Below are positions 49,479 to 57,601 of a stretch of DNA of 64,000 nt, in pieces. Each line of letters begins with the position of its first letter. Positions within the stretch are counted from its first letter, which is position 1. This stretch comes from a virus. Its lineage: Duplodnaviria; Caudoviricetes. The notes beneath the pieces were generated by a model. It was not told the DNA's origin, made no database searches, and worked only from the letters and a program-made list of their open reading frames with translations. Position numbers and translations under genes: made by a program. The stretch is taken from the IMG/VR virus record IMGVR_UViG_3300033067_001119, positions 10,453 to 74,452 of that record. One strand, 5' to 3'.

Positions 49479-50168
49479 CTATCCCCCTAGATTAAATGTC
49501 TTCCAAGTCTGAGGCCCGCATACTCCATCAACCACTATGTGATGCGTGAGTTGATAGCCCTTCAGCGCCGTCTCCGTCATGATCCCAAAATCACCGTCGA
49601 CGCTCTTGCCAGTAAAGCCTAGCCTTATCTGCAGCAGCCTCACGGTGTCTCCGTGGTCTCCCTTCCGGATCGTTGGCGGCATCGTCGCCAGCGGCTGCGG
49701 CAGGTGCGGAGGGTAGTCCGTCTCGGCCGCAGGCGCAGGCTTGGAGGAGCCGTCGAACTTCCACAGCCTCTCGTTGTCGTAGTGAGACTTATCTGATTTC
49801 ACGGAAATATGACAGTGGTGATCGTGCGGATTCACTCCGGCGTACCTGCGCCATGCCCACGGGCTCGGGCCCTCGTTGCCGGACGCGATACGGTGGTTGG
49901 AGATGATGTACTTGATGCGGTCATCACGGCTGTCGAGCAATGCCTGCGCGAGCTTGTAGCTGTCGCAGCCGCTCGCCGGATCGTGGGTAATGTCCTCTGC
50001 AGTGACGACGCCGATTGCGCCGTCCTTCACCCACGGATTATGGTCGGAGCTGCGGGATGCGTGCGCGGCATCACCGATGGTGCCGTCGTTTTCCTTGCGG
50101 CGGTTGGGCCATTCGGCGTTCACCTGCTCCCGCAAAATCAAGAGGCTCTTTGCAACACGCCAAGACAT
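49479..50168 (-). CDS. endolysin: Zn-peptidase-like catalytic domain plus peptidoglycan-binding domain
   Basis: SDHNP...EDI...HxHCHIS; C-terminal IRKGDHGDTVRLLQ...DGDFG..TETALKGYQ...DGVCGPQTW. Confidence 0.8.
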   Translation of the reverse strand: MSWRVAKSLLILREQVNAEWPNRRKENDGTIGDAAHASRSSDHNPWVKDGAIGVVTAEDITHDPASGCDSYKLAQALLDSRDDRIKYIISNHRIASGNEGPSPWAWRRYAGVNPHDHHCHISVKSDKSHYDNERLWKFDGSSKPAPAAETDYPPHLPQPLATMPPTIRKGDHGDTVRLLQIRLGFTGKSVDGDFGIMTETALKGYQLTHHIVVDGVCGPQTWKTFNLGG

Positions 50169-50218
50169 TTGCCTGCTCCATCATCCTCGCAGCCGTCTGG
50201 CTGCTGGTGCCCTATCCC

Positions 50219-53200
50219 CTAGGGACGCTGCTGTTCCTCGTCGGCGCGTGTTGGGCTGGGGCCCTGAAGTCGTCGCACCGTATTCCCAAGGATCGACTGG
50301 TTGCGCATCAGGTACGACGGGAGGGGAGCCTTTGGCGGCAGTAGCCGCGGGGCCTCGTCCTCCAGATTATCCAGAGACCGGCCGACCTTCTTTGCGTTGC
50401 GCATTTCGGTGAAGCGTTCGCCGCCCTTCTCCAGAAGATGCTTGACGCCGATGCCAGCAAAGCCACCTTCGGCACCGCCGGTAAGGATTGAACCGATGCT
50501 GGCCATGATGGCGGCGCCGTACTTGCGCAGTGCCCCCATAATCGCTGGCGTCGTGTCCGAGTTTGTGCGGGCGTATTTCGGGATGATGGTGAGGCGTAGC
50601 GCCTTTGCGTAGCGGTCCATCATGGCGCGCTGCTCTTCCGTGTAGAGAGCCTTGGCGACCGACGCGCCCTTGCCATGCAGCAGCTCGCTGATGTTGTTGA
50701 CGACGGCCTGCTGCCCCTTCCCCGAGCGGCCCTCGGTATTTGCAATCGTCTTCTGCCAGACACCCTGACGAACCGCAGCCATCGCTGGGCTGCCAGAGCC
50801 TGTCACGCGCTCGATGGCTGTAATCATGCGCGCCACGTTGCCCGGATTACCGCCACCGATGGCATTGAAAACGACGCTGGAGACTTCCTCCGGAGTAGCG
50901 GTGCCTTCGACAATGCGACGGAAGGTCGCCTGCTGGCCACCGCCGATGCCCTGCCCGCCAAACGCGCTGTCAAACATCTGTTGGGCCTGCTCGGCATCGC
51001 GCGTCGCCGGGTGAGACGCAATCGACCTCTCCAGATCGCGGATGCCCTGCGCGTGAGAGCGCATCGCGGCCCGCTCCTGTGGAGTAAACATGCGCTGCGC
51101 CAGCGAGGAGCCAACGAAATCCAAGATGCCCTGAGCCGACTTTGCCGGGTCAATCTCTCCGGCGGAGTTCCGCGCCTGAGATGCCTTCTGCCACATCGCC
51201 TGCCGGATGGCGCTCCAGCCATCCGAATCAGCACCCAGCACCTGCTCCAGCCGGTCGGCAAGACGTACCGGGGTGCCGGAGTTGCCGATCTTGCCGGTGC
51301 CGATGATCATGTTGGCGATTTCTTCCGGCGTTGCGTTGCGCTCGGTGATGCGCCGCATGGCGGTGCCCACGTCGTCCCCAGCGCCCCGTGGGGTGAAGGT
51401 CTGACGATAGCGCGCATAGGATGCCCTCGCCTCCTGCAACGCAGCCAGTGCCCTTGGATCGCCCGAGAAAAGGCCCTCTGTGATGGCTCGCTCGATCTGG
51501 GCGTCGAAGGCATCCATGATGCCCTGCATGGCGCGGGCGTCGGTCGCTCCGTTGGGTCCCGAGGCGCGGGCAGCCTGATAGTAAGCCACCAGCTTCTTGC
51601 GCATCTGGTCGACACCCTTGAGACTCACAGCGGTGACTTCGGCCGGGTCCGGAGCTGCGCGCGGATCGGCGCGGTTCTGGATGCGCGGAGCCGACATCTG
51701 GTCGAGGTCGCGGATTGCTCGCGATGCCACCGGCGTCAGCTGGTCGTCGATGATGATCGGATTTTCGCGCAGCGTCAGATCGTTCTGGACGCGGTTTCCC
51801 ATACCGCGCACGGCATCGACCCTGAACTCGCCGGGGAGGCGACCGAACTCATCGTAGCGGGAGCGAAATTCTCCGCGGTTTGCTGCGGCTGCATCTCGCA
51901 CGTTCTGGCCGACGACCTCGCCCATCTCGCGCGGGTTCTCGATAGGCTGAGCCGGGCCACGCACCGCCTCATTGATGGCGCGACCTTGGTCTGCGACCAT
52001 CCCGCGCTGAGCTTCGGCTTCAGTATTGGAGCGATGCAAAACACGATCTACGATGGTCTTCGCCTGCTGAAGACGATCACCCATCTCCCCCGTGATGGCA
52101 GAGGCAGCCTCGTTGGGATCGCTGACAGGGTGCGCTCCGCCCAAGCCGGTGCCAATCTCTCGCCCGGCTTCCTGAGTCCTTCCGTACTGGTCATCGAAGA
52201 ACGTGGCCGCCTTGTCCTGCGCTGGCTTGCCATACGCGCCGCGCGCCGACAGGTCTTCGTACCGGATCGCATCCAAATCCTGCGTGGCCTGCCCCTTGGA
52301 CAGTGGAATTTTGAACTCAGCCGCCACATCCTTGTTGGCAGCTACTTCCGGCGGAATAGGCGGCCGGACAGGCAGCGCACGAGGCACCGCAAACAGGCCG
52401 CCTCCGGGCGCGCCGGGCGTCATGAATTGAACCGCCCGCATCGCATCCGGACCGCCACGTCCGAGGGCGGCATCGTATTCTTTCTGGCTCCCCGCCTCGC
52501 GGGCAGCTACGGCATCATGCGAGCTGTCAACAGCGCCCTTGATGCCCTGCCACGCCTCTTTCGCCATCCATAGCGGGCCGCCCGGCGTTGCCTTCTCCCA
52601 CATGTTTGAGATGCGGTCGCTCCACGTCTTCTTCGGAGCCTCGGCAGGAGCATCATCCCATTTCACGCCACCAGCATCGGCGGCGTCATCATCCCACTTC
52701 ACCCGGCCGCCCTCGGCGCGGTTCTTCACCGGCACCGTGGTGTCTTCCTCGCGCAGCCAGCGCTTGAACTGAGGGATGTCCATCTCGGTCATGTGCCCAA
52801 TGCGGTCACGGCCACGACCATCAGAGAAAGCTGCGTGGTAGGCTGCCTCGGCCTGCGCCTTGCTGCCAAATCCGAGGAAGCACTTGTGCTCGTCGAAGCC
52901 GCCGGTGTGAAGATCGTTCTGGTCGATCACGAAGACCTTCGGGCTCTTCAGGTGAGGCCCGAGATAGACGTCGACGTGCGCACCATCTCCGCCGGTCGTG
53001 TTGCGGATGTAGCCGTAGTGGTGCGGGAGCCGGGATTTCCACGCCTTGCCGGTGCGCGCATCCTTGCCGCTACGATACGAGCCACGCGGGTTCTCGATGG
53101 AGATGTCGAGCCCGTGAACCCTGATGTGGCCCTTCCTGTAGTTGCCCGCGCGCTTCTGTCCGTCGCTCGGGTTGCGATTGACGGCACTGGCCTGCTCGGC

Positions 53201-53221
53201 GATTTGAGCGGAGAGGCTCAC
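50219..53221 (-). CDS. large ejection/polyvalent protein with N-terminal inorganic-pyrophosphatase-like domain
   Basis: GNYRKGH...ISIENP.GSYRSG...HYGYI..T.G.DG.HVDVYLG...FDEHKCFLGF, then RAEGG and a long helical region. Confidence 0.75.
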   Translation of the reverse strand: MSLSAQIAEQASAVNRNPSDGQKRAGNYRKGHIRVHGLDISIENPRGSYRSGKDARTGKAWKSRLPHHYGYIRNTTGGDGAHVDVYLGPHLKSPKVFVIDQNDLHTGGFDEHKCFLGFGSKAQAEAAYHAAFSDGRGRDRIGHMTEMDIPQFKRWLREEDTTVPVKNRAEGGRVKWDDDAADAGGVKWDDAPAEAPKKTWSDRISNMWEKATPGGPLWMAKEAWQGIKGAVDSSHDAVAAREAGSQKEYDAALGRGGPDAMRAVQFMTPGAPGGGLFAVPRALPVRPPIPPEVAANKDVAAEFKIPLSKGQATQDLDAIRYEDLSARGAYGKPAQDKAATFFDDQYGRTQEAGREIGTGLGGAHPVSDPNEAASAITGEMGDRLQQAKTIVDRVLHRSNTEAEAQRGMVADQGRAINEAVRGPAQPIENPREMGEVVGQNVRDAAAANRGEFRSRYDEFGRLPGEFRVDAVRGMGNRVQNDLTLRENPIIIDDQLTPVASRAIRDLDQMSAPRIQNRADPRAAPDPAEVTAVSLKGVDQMRKKLVAYYQAARASGPNGATDARAMQGIMDAFDAQIERAITEGLFSGDPRALAALQEARASYARYRQTFTPRGAGDDVGTAMRRITERNATPEEIANMIIGTGKIGNSGTPVRLADRLEQVLGADSDGWSAIRQAMWQKASQARNSAGEIDPAKSAQGILDFVGSSLAQRMFTPQERAAMRSHAQGIRDLERSIASHPATRDAEQAQQMFDSAFGGQGIGGGQQATFRRIVEGTATPEEVSSVVFNAIGGGNPGNVARMITAIERVTGSGSPAMAAVRQGVWQKTIANTEGRSGKGQQAVVNNISELLHGKGASVAKALYTEEQRAMMDRYAKALRLTIIPKYARTNSDTTPAIMGALRKYGAAIMASIGSILTGGAEGGFAGIGVKHLLEKGGERFTEMRNAKKVGRSLDNLEDEAPRLLPPKAPLPSYLMRNQSILGNTVRRLQGPSPTRADEEQQRP

Positions 53222-56200
53222 TGCACTTCCTTCCCGTCGTCCTGATAGACCACCTTGCCGCCCCTCACGATGACCTTGCGTCCGTTCATGGTGCCAGTGC
53301 GGCCCTCTTGCAAACCTCCAGCCTGCGCGGCTCCACCTGCTGGGGCCCCCGCGCTGCCATGACCCTGCTCGACAGACTTCGGTCCGTAATGCTGGCGATA
53401 GTATTCCTGCATGCGTGCAGGCGATCCCTTCGCCATCTCGATTTCATTGAGCATCGTGTCGAGTACGCGGTTAAACGTGCGCGGATCGCCCGCCGTGTTG
53501 AGCAGCTCCGACGCATGGTGACGCGACGAGTCCGTGGTGATGTTTGCGCCACGGGCCATGACGGCGGCATAAGTGTTAACGATAGCCTGCACGCGCGCAT
53601 ACAGCTCGGCCTGATCTGGGTTGAGCGTGTTCTTTGAGTAGCCCTCGATGAGCTTGTTGAACGGCATGAAGCCTGTGCGCGGCAGGCGCTCGATGACACC
53701 GCGAACGAGCTTGATTGCGCCCTCTGCTTCCATTGCAGCCGCGCCCATCTTGGCTTCCATATTTCCGAGAGTACGGGACCCAGCCTTGCGACCCTCGAAC
53801 TCGACGATGCGCTGGGCCAGCTCTTCATCGGAAATTTTCATGTCCGTCTGAATGTTTTTGATCTGGCGCTCGATCTTCAGCCGGGCAGCAGGTCCCTTGC
53901 CCTGAAGCTGGGTGCGGTCGCCGGAAATGACATATCGCCGGGCGATATCGGCAGCTTCTTCGTCAGTAAAGCCACTGTCTTTCTTTGCGCCCTTCGGAGT
54001 GACCTTGGCATCTCCCGCAAGCGGTTTGCCAGTCAGGCCATCAACCATCTTTCCAGACGCGGCATCCATAGCCACAGGGCGCTCTACACCGCTCTCATCA
54101 ACGTACTGACCGGCATAGGACCACTTTGAGCGATCAAGGTTGGCCCGAGCAGTCGCCTCTGATGCTCGGTTGTGGGTCTCTACTTCGCCCTGCTTCCGCT
54201 CACCCATCCACCGGTCATAGGCGGTCTTGTTAGCCTCCGCGGCCAGCTTCTGCGCTTCCATCGCCGCCTTACGATCAGCGTTCTCTGCCTGCCCGTAGGC
54301 GCTCAGGCCAGCCAGCCCGCCCTCGCCGATGCCAACCCCGAGGTGCGGCGAGCGTGACGCCAGCATGCCGAGCCCGGCCGCCAGCAGGCCTGTCTTGGCG
54401 TTCGGCGACAGGAGCCCGAGACCGAAGCTGCGGCGCGGTTCCACCGCATCCGGGGTGGCGTAGTACGGGTCGGGCGGGCGTGGGGTCAAGGAAGCCCTAC
54501 CGACCCCACGGGTAGGCGTTGCGTTCTCCGGGGTATCCTCGTCGCCCTCGTCGCTCTGGGCGACTGCAGGAGGCTCTCCGGGGCCGAATGTGCTGCCGTG
54601 GAGGCGGAAGTCGCCATATGGATTGGACGGGTCCTCCACCGGCCGCACTGGCGTCTTCATTTGCGCTGCAGCAACGGCTGGCACGCCCTCCGGACCTCCA
54701 TCAGGAACCGTGTTGACGCCTACCAAGCTGCTCGGCTGGACGTAGTTGTGAGCGATCCCCCGGATGTTCTCGTCATCCGGAATGCCGAGAAAGCGCTCAT
54801 CAAAGTCCGGCCCTCCGCCCCCGGCGAACCCCGCCACGCCGCCGCCCCCAGCATATCCATTGCGCCGGTCGCGCTCCCAGAGCATCTGGCTGCGATCCAG
54901 AGGCCCATGCGGGCGTCCGCCGCCGAAGATGGTGCGGGCGTTGTCGGCAAAGTCGGCAGCCCCCGCCTTGAAATGATCCCACCCGGTCGACCTTGGCTCG
55001 CCGCTCCAGCGCTCCTCAAACGATGGCGGGTTTCCTGCGACGCCGCCGCCCTGCGCGTAGTCGAGGCTGTAGTCCCCAGCATCCAGCCCCGGGAGCGGCG
55101 CAATGCTGCTGCCGCCGTAGGCGTCGCCAGCCATAAAACTGCCACCACCCCAAGCGTCTCCGCTCATCGGATCGCCAGCTGCGTAGGCGTCCTGCGCACC
55201 ACCCCAATCCCGCTTCCAGTCCCCGCCCCCGCCAAGACCAGCCAACCCCTTGGCGAGGTCTCCAGCGCCACCCTGCTGGTTTGGCGCAGACGGCACATGA
55301 GGCTGCGGAGCGCCCGAGCCCGCGTGGATGTTCATCTGCGGTATCCAGCCGCCAGCGTTGCCCCATGGTGACGTCGGGACACCGCCGCCAGCGTAGCCCA
55401 TCACGCCGCCGCCACCGGCGCGCAGGATGCCGCCTCCTCGATTCGCGAAGGCTCCAGCCGCGGCAATGCCGAGGCCAGCGATCTGCGTCCATGGGTTGGG
55501 TGGCGGAGCCGTAGTCTGGCTGCTGGAGGTGCCGCCGAGGTTCGAGCCGACGCCAGTGCCGACGCCAGCCAGCCACTGCGTCTGCTGGTATGGGAAGGCC
55601 TGCGCCTGCGCATACTGCTGATAGAGACGATCCAGCTCAGCCTGCTTGGTCGCCTGCTGCTGCGTGCCGAGGCCATACTGGATTTGCGCCGCCTGCAGCC
55701 CTGCGTTCTGGCCACCGAGGCCGTACTGGGCCTGCGCGTTCGCTCCGGCGAGACCGGTCTGCTGCTGGCGTTGCGCGGCGGCGAGAGCCTGCCCGTATCC
55801 CGCGCTCTCCAGCCCGGCCGTCGTCGAGGCCAGCGTGCGCGCCTGCTGACCTGCGAGGATACCGCGCGCCACGCCGGTGGCATTGCCGCCTAGCGCTCCC
55901 TGCGCAATCTGGTTTCCGGTGAGCTGCGCGTGCTGCTGGCCGAAGTCATGCTGCAGCTGCTGCGTCGTCGCGTTGATGACGCTCTGCTGGTAGGGGTCAT
56001 AATAGCGAGCAATGTCCCCAGCCGTAATCGGGCCAGAGGAAGCATTGGCCTGCTGCGAGGCGGCGAGAAGGTATGGATTGGCGTATCCGGCCGCCGTGTT
56101 GGCGGTGCCGACGCCGAGGTTCTGCTGGGCGTTGTTGCCCGCAGTCAGCTGGCCAGAGTAGGCCTGATATGGGGTGGAGGCTACGCCTGACGCGCGATCC

Positions 56201-56283
56201 AGAATCGAACGATACAGTCCCCCGGCTTGGGCGTCTGGAGCGCTGTAGGAGTTGTTCGTGGTAGTGTTCGAGCCTTTTCCCAA
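53218..56283 (-). CDS. DNA ejection/internal virion protein
   Basis: Likely TTG start 56283 (MGKGSNTTT...); Q/A/G-rich coils and several A-x-G-G motifs. Confidence 0.7.
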   Translation of the reverse strand: MGKGSNTTTNNSYSAPDAQAGGLYRSILDRASGVASTPYQAYSGQLTAGNNAQQNLGVGTANTAAGYANPYLLAASQQANASSGPITAGDIARYYDPYQQSVINATTQQLQHDFGQQHAQLTGNQIAQGALGGNATGVARGILAGQQARTLASTTAGLESAGYGQALAAAQRQQQTGLAGANAQAQYGLGGQNAGLQAAQIQYGLGTQQQATKQAELDRLYQQYAQAQAFPYQQTQWLAGVGTGVGSNLGGTSSSQTTAPPPNPWTQIAGLGIAAAGAFANRGGGILRAGGGGVMGYAGGGVPTSPWGNAGGWIPQMNIHAGSGAPQPHVPSAPNQQGGAGDLAKGLAGLGGGGDWKRDWGGAQDAYAAGDPMSGDAWGGGSFMAGDAYGGSSIAPLPGLDAGDYSLDYAQGGGVAGNPPSFEERWSGEPRSTGWDHFKAGAADFADNARTIFGGGRPHGPLDRSQMLWERDRRNGYAGGGGVAGFAGGGGPDFDERFLGIPDDENIRGIAHNYVQPSSLVGVNTVPDGGPEGVPAVAAAQMKTPVRPVEDPSNPYGDFRLHGSTFGPGEPPAVAQSDEGDEDTPENATPTRGVGRASLTPRPPDPYYATPDAVEPRRSFGLGLLSPNAKTGLLAAGLGMLASRSPHLGVGIGEGGLAGLSAYGQAENADRKAAMEAQKLAAEANKTAYDRWMGERKQGEVETHNRASEATARANLDRSKWSYAGQYVDESGVERPVAMDAASGKMVDGLTGKPLAGDAKVTPKGAKKDSGFTDEEAADIARRYVISGDRTQLQGKGPAARLKIERQIKNIQTDMKISDEELAQRIVEFEGRKAGSRTLGNMEAKMGAAAMEAEGAIKLVRGVIERLPRTGFMPFNKLIEGYSKNTLNPDQAELYARVQAIVNTYAAVMARGANITTDSSRHHASELLNTAGDPRTFNRVLDTMLNEIEMAKGSPARMQEYYRQHYGPKSVEQGHGSAGAPAGGAAQAGGLQEGRTGTMNGRKVIVRGGKVVYQDDGKEVQ

Positions 56284-56357
56284 ATCATTTTTCCACCTCC
56301 CGGCACGGGAAGCTATTCGCGGCAAACGCACGTCTGCCAGTGGAAGATGGAGACTAT

Positions 56358-56870
56358 TTACACGACACTGGCAAATTCTCCAAACAGAGACTTCATCCCT
56401 GAGCAATAAGCAGCATAGGCCTCCTCTGGGGCTTCAAAAACTCCAAACCTGATTGACTTGCCATTCTTCATGGCTTTCGCCTCAAACAGCGTTCCACTTG
56501 TCCCATAACGGTAGACCCCCCGATAGCCGGAGGCGGCTTTAATGGTTTTGCGCATATTGGCTAAGTTCTGAGAATGTGTGGCCGACCGCAGATTCGCAAT
56601 CCAATTGTGACAACCGTCGCCATCTTCATGATCAATCTTTGGAGGAGGCTGCTCGCCATAATAATGCGCCCACGCCAATCGGTGGGCAAAATGCAGCCCT
56701 CCATCAAACCTAACTACAATATATTTTCGACCGCCGGTGCTCGTAAAAACACACCCGGCCTCTTCGCCGACCTGTATCCGAATTGACGTCTTCAGAAGCC
56801 AGTTGAATTTTCCGGTTTTTGGATCAAAACTAAGAACCTCCCGCAACCTCTCAACATCAATCTGGCGCAA
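56358..56870 (-). CDS. HNH homing endonuclease with AP2-like C-terminus
   Basis: LREVLSFDPKTG...AHRLAW...IDHEDGDGCHNWIANLR...SGYRGV; low GC; start uncertain. Confidence 0.85.
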   Translation of the reverse strand: MRQIDVERLREVLSFDPKTGKFNWLLKTSIRIQVGEEAGCVFTSTGGRKYIVVRFDGGLHFAHRLAWAHYYGEQPPPKIDHEDGDGCHNWIANLRSATHSQNLANMRKTIKAASGYRGVYRYGTSGTLFEAKAMKNGKSIRFGVFEAPEEAYAAYCSGMKSLFGEFASVV

Positions 56871-57348
56871 CGGATGTTGGCGACGTTTTTTTCGGCATGT
56901 TGTAGGCAAAGTAAGCTCCAACGGGATCGGCCAACTGGCGCTTGTAAAGGCCAACCTTGGCCTCGGTTCTGATGTTCGAGACTACACCTATGACAAGTGG
57001 TATGCCAAGTTCGTCGGAACACCGCTTGCCAAAATTGACCAGCTCTTTGGCGTTGGTGGAGCGCCTAAACTCGGGCCGCACATAAGAAAACAATTCTTCC
57101 AAGCAGAAGTCGTTCGTGTACCAAAATGATGAGATCAGCATGAAGATCGCGCCCTCGATGGCTCCAGTGGGCCCGAGCGCTCCAATCAATGCACCCTGCT
57201 GCTTGAAGGCGCGCTCCAACATCGCGGCAACCTTGGCCTCATCCATCGAGAACATGGCATTCTCAGCATGAAGCTCGCGGCACAGCTCCATCAATTCGGG
57301 GGCATCAGCTGGCGTAGCCTTGCGCACTCTGGATGTTATGATGGTCAA
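56857..57348 (-). CDS. GNAT-fold virion assembly protein (T7 gp13/P22 gp14-like position)
   Basis: VRKATPAD...EELFSYVRPEFRRS; adjacent to ejection genes. Confidence 0.65.
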   Translation of the reverse strand: MTIITSRVRKATPADAPELMELCRELHAENAMFSMDEAKVAAMLERAFKQQGALIGALGPTGAIEGAIFMLISSFWYTNDFCLEELFSYVRPEFRRSTNAKELVNFGKRCSDELGIPLVIGVVSNIRTEAKVGLYKRQLADPVGAYFAYNMPKKTSPTSVAPD

Positions 57349-57599
57349 TTTACAGTCCCCGGCTTGGTCTGTTCGGCGATGATCTTGCCGAGCGCCTCGT
57401 GCAGCTGCTGGGCGACGTAGAGGTCCATGCGCAGCAGCGCCGAGACATACGAATCAGGGTCCACCTTGAGGCGACCCTCCTGATCCACGGTCCCGCTCAC
57501 GACGAACCGGTGCGTCGAGAACGACAGGTTCACGTTGCCGTTGAGGAAACCTGAGACGTCCAGATTGTTCACGAAGATCACGGTCGGGTTGTTGCTCAT
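57345..57599 (-). CDS. hypothetical protein
   Basis: 84-aa coupled ORF. Confidence 0.55.
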   Translation of the reverse strand: MSNNPTVIFVNNLDVSGFLNGNVNLSFSTHRFVVSGTVDQEGRLKVDPDSYVSALLRMDLYVAQQLHEALGKIIAEQTKPGTVN

Positions 57600-57601
57600 G
57601 T

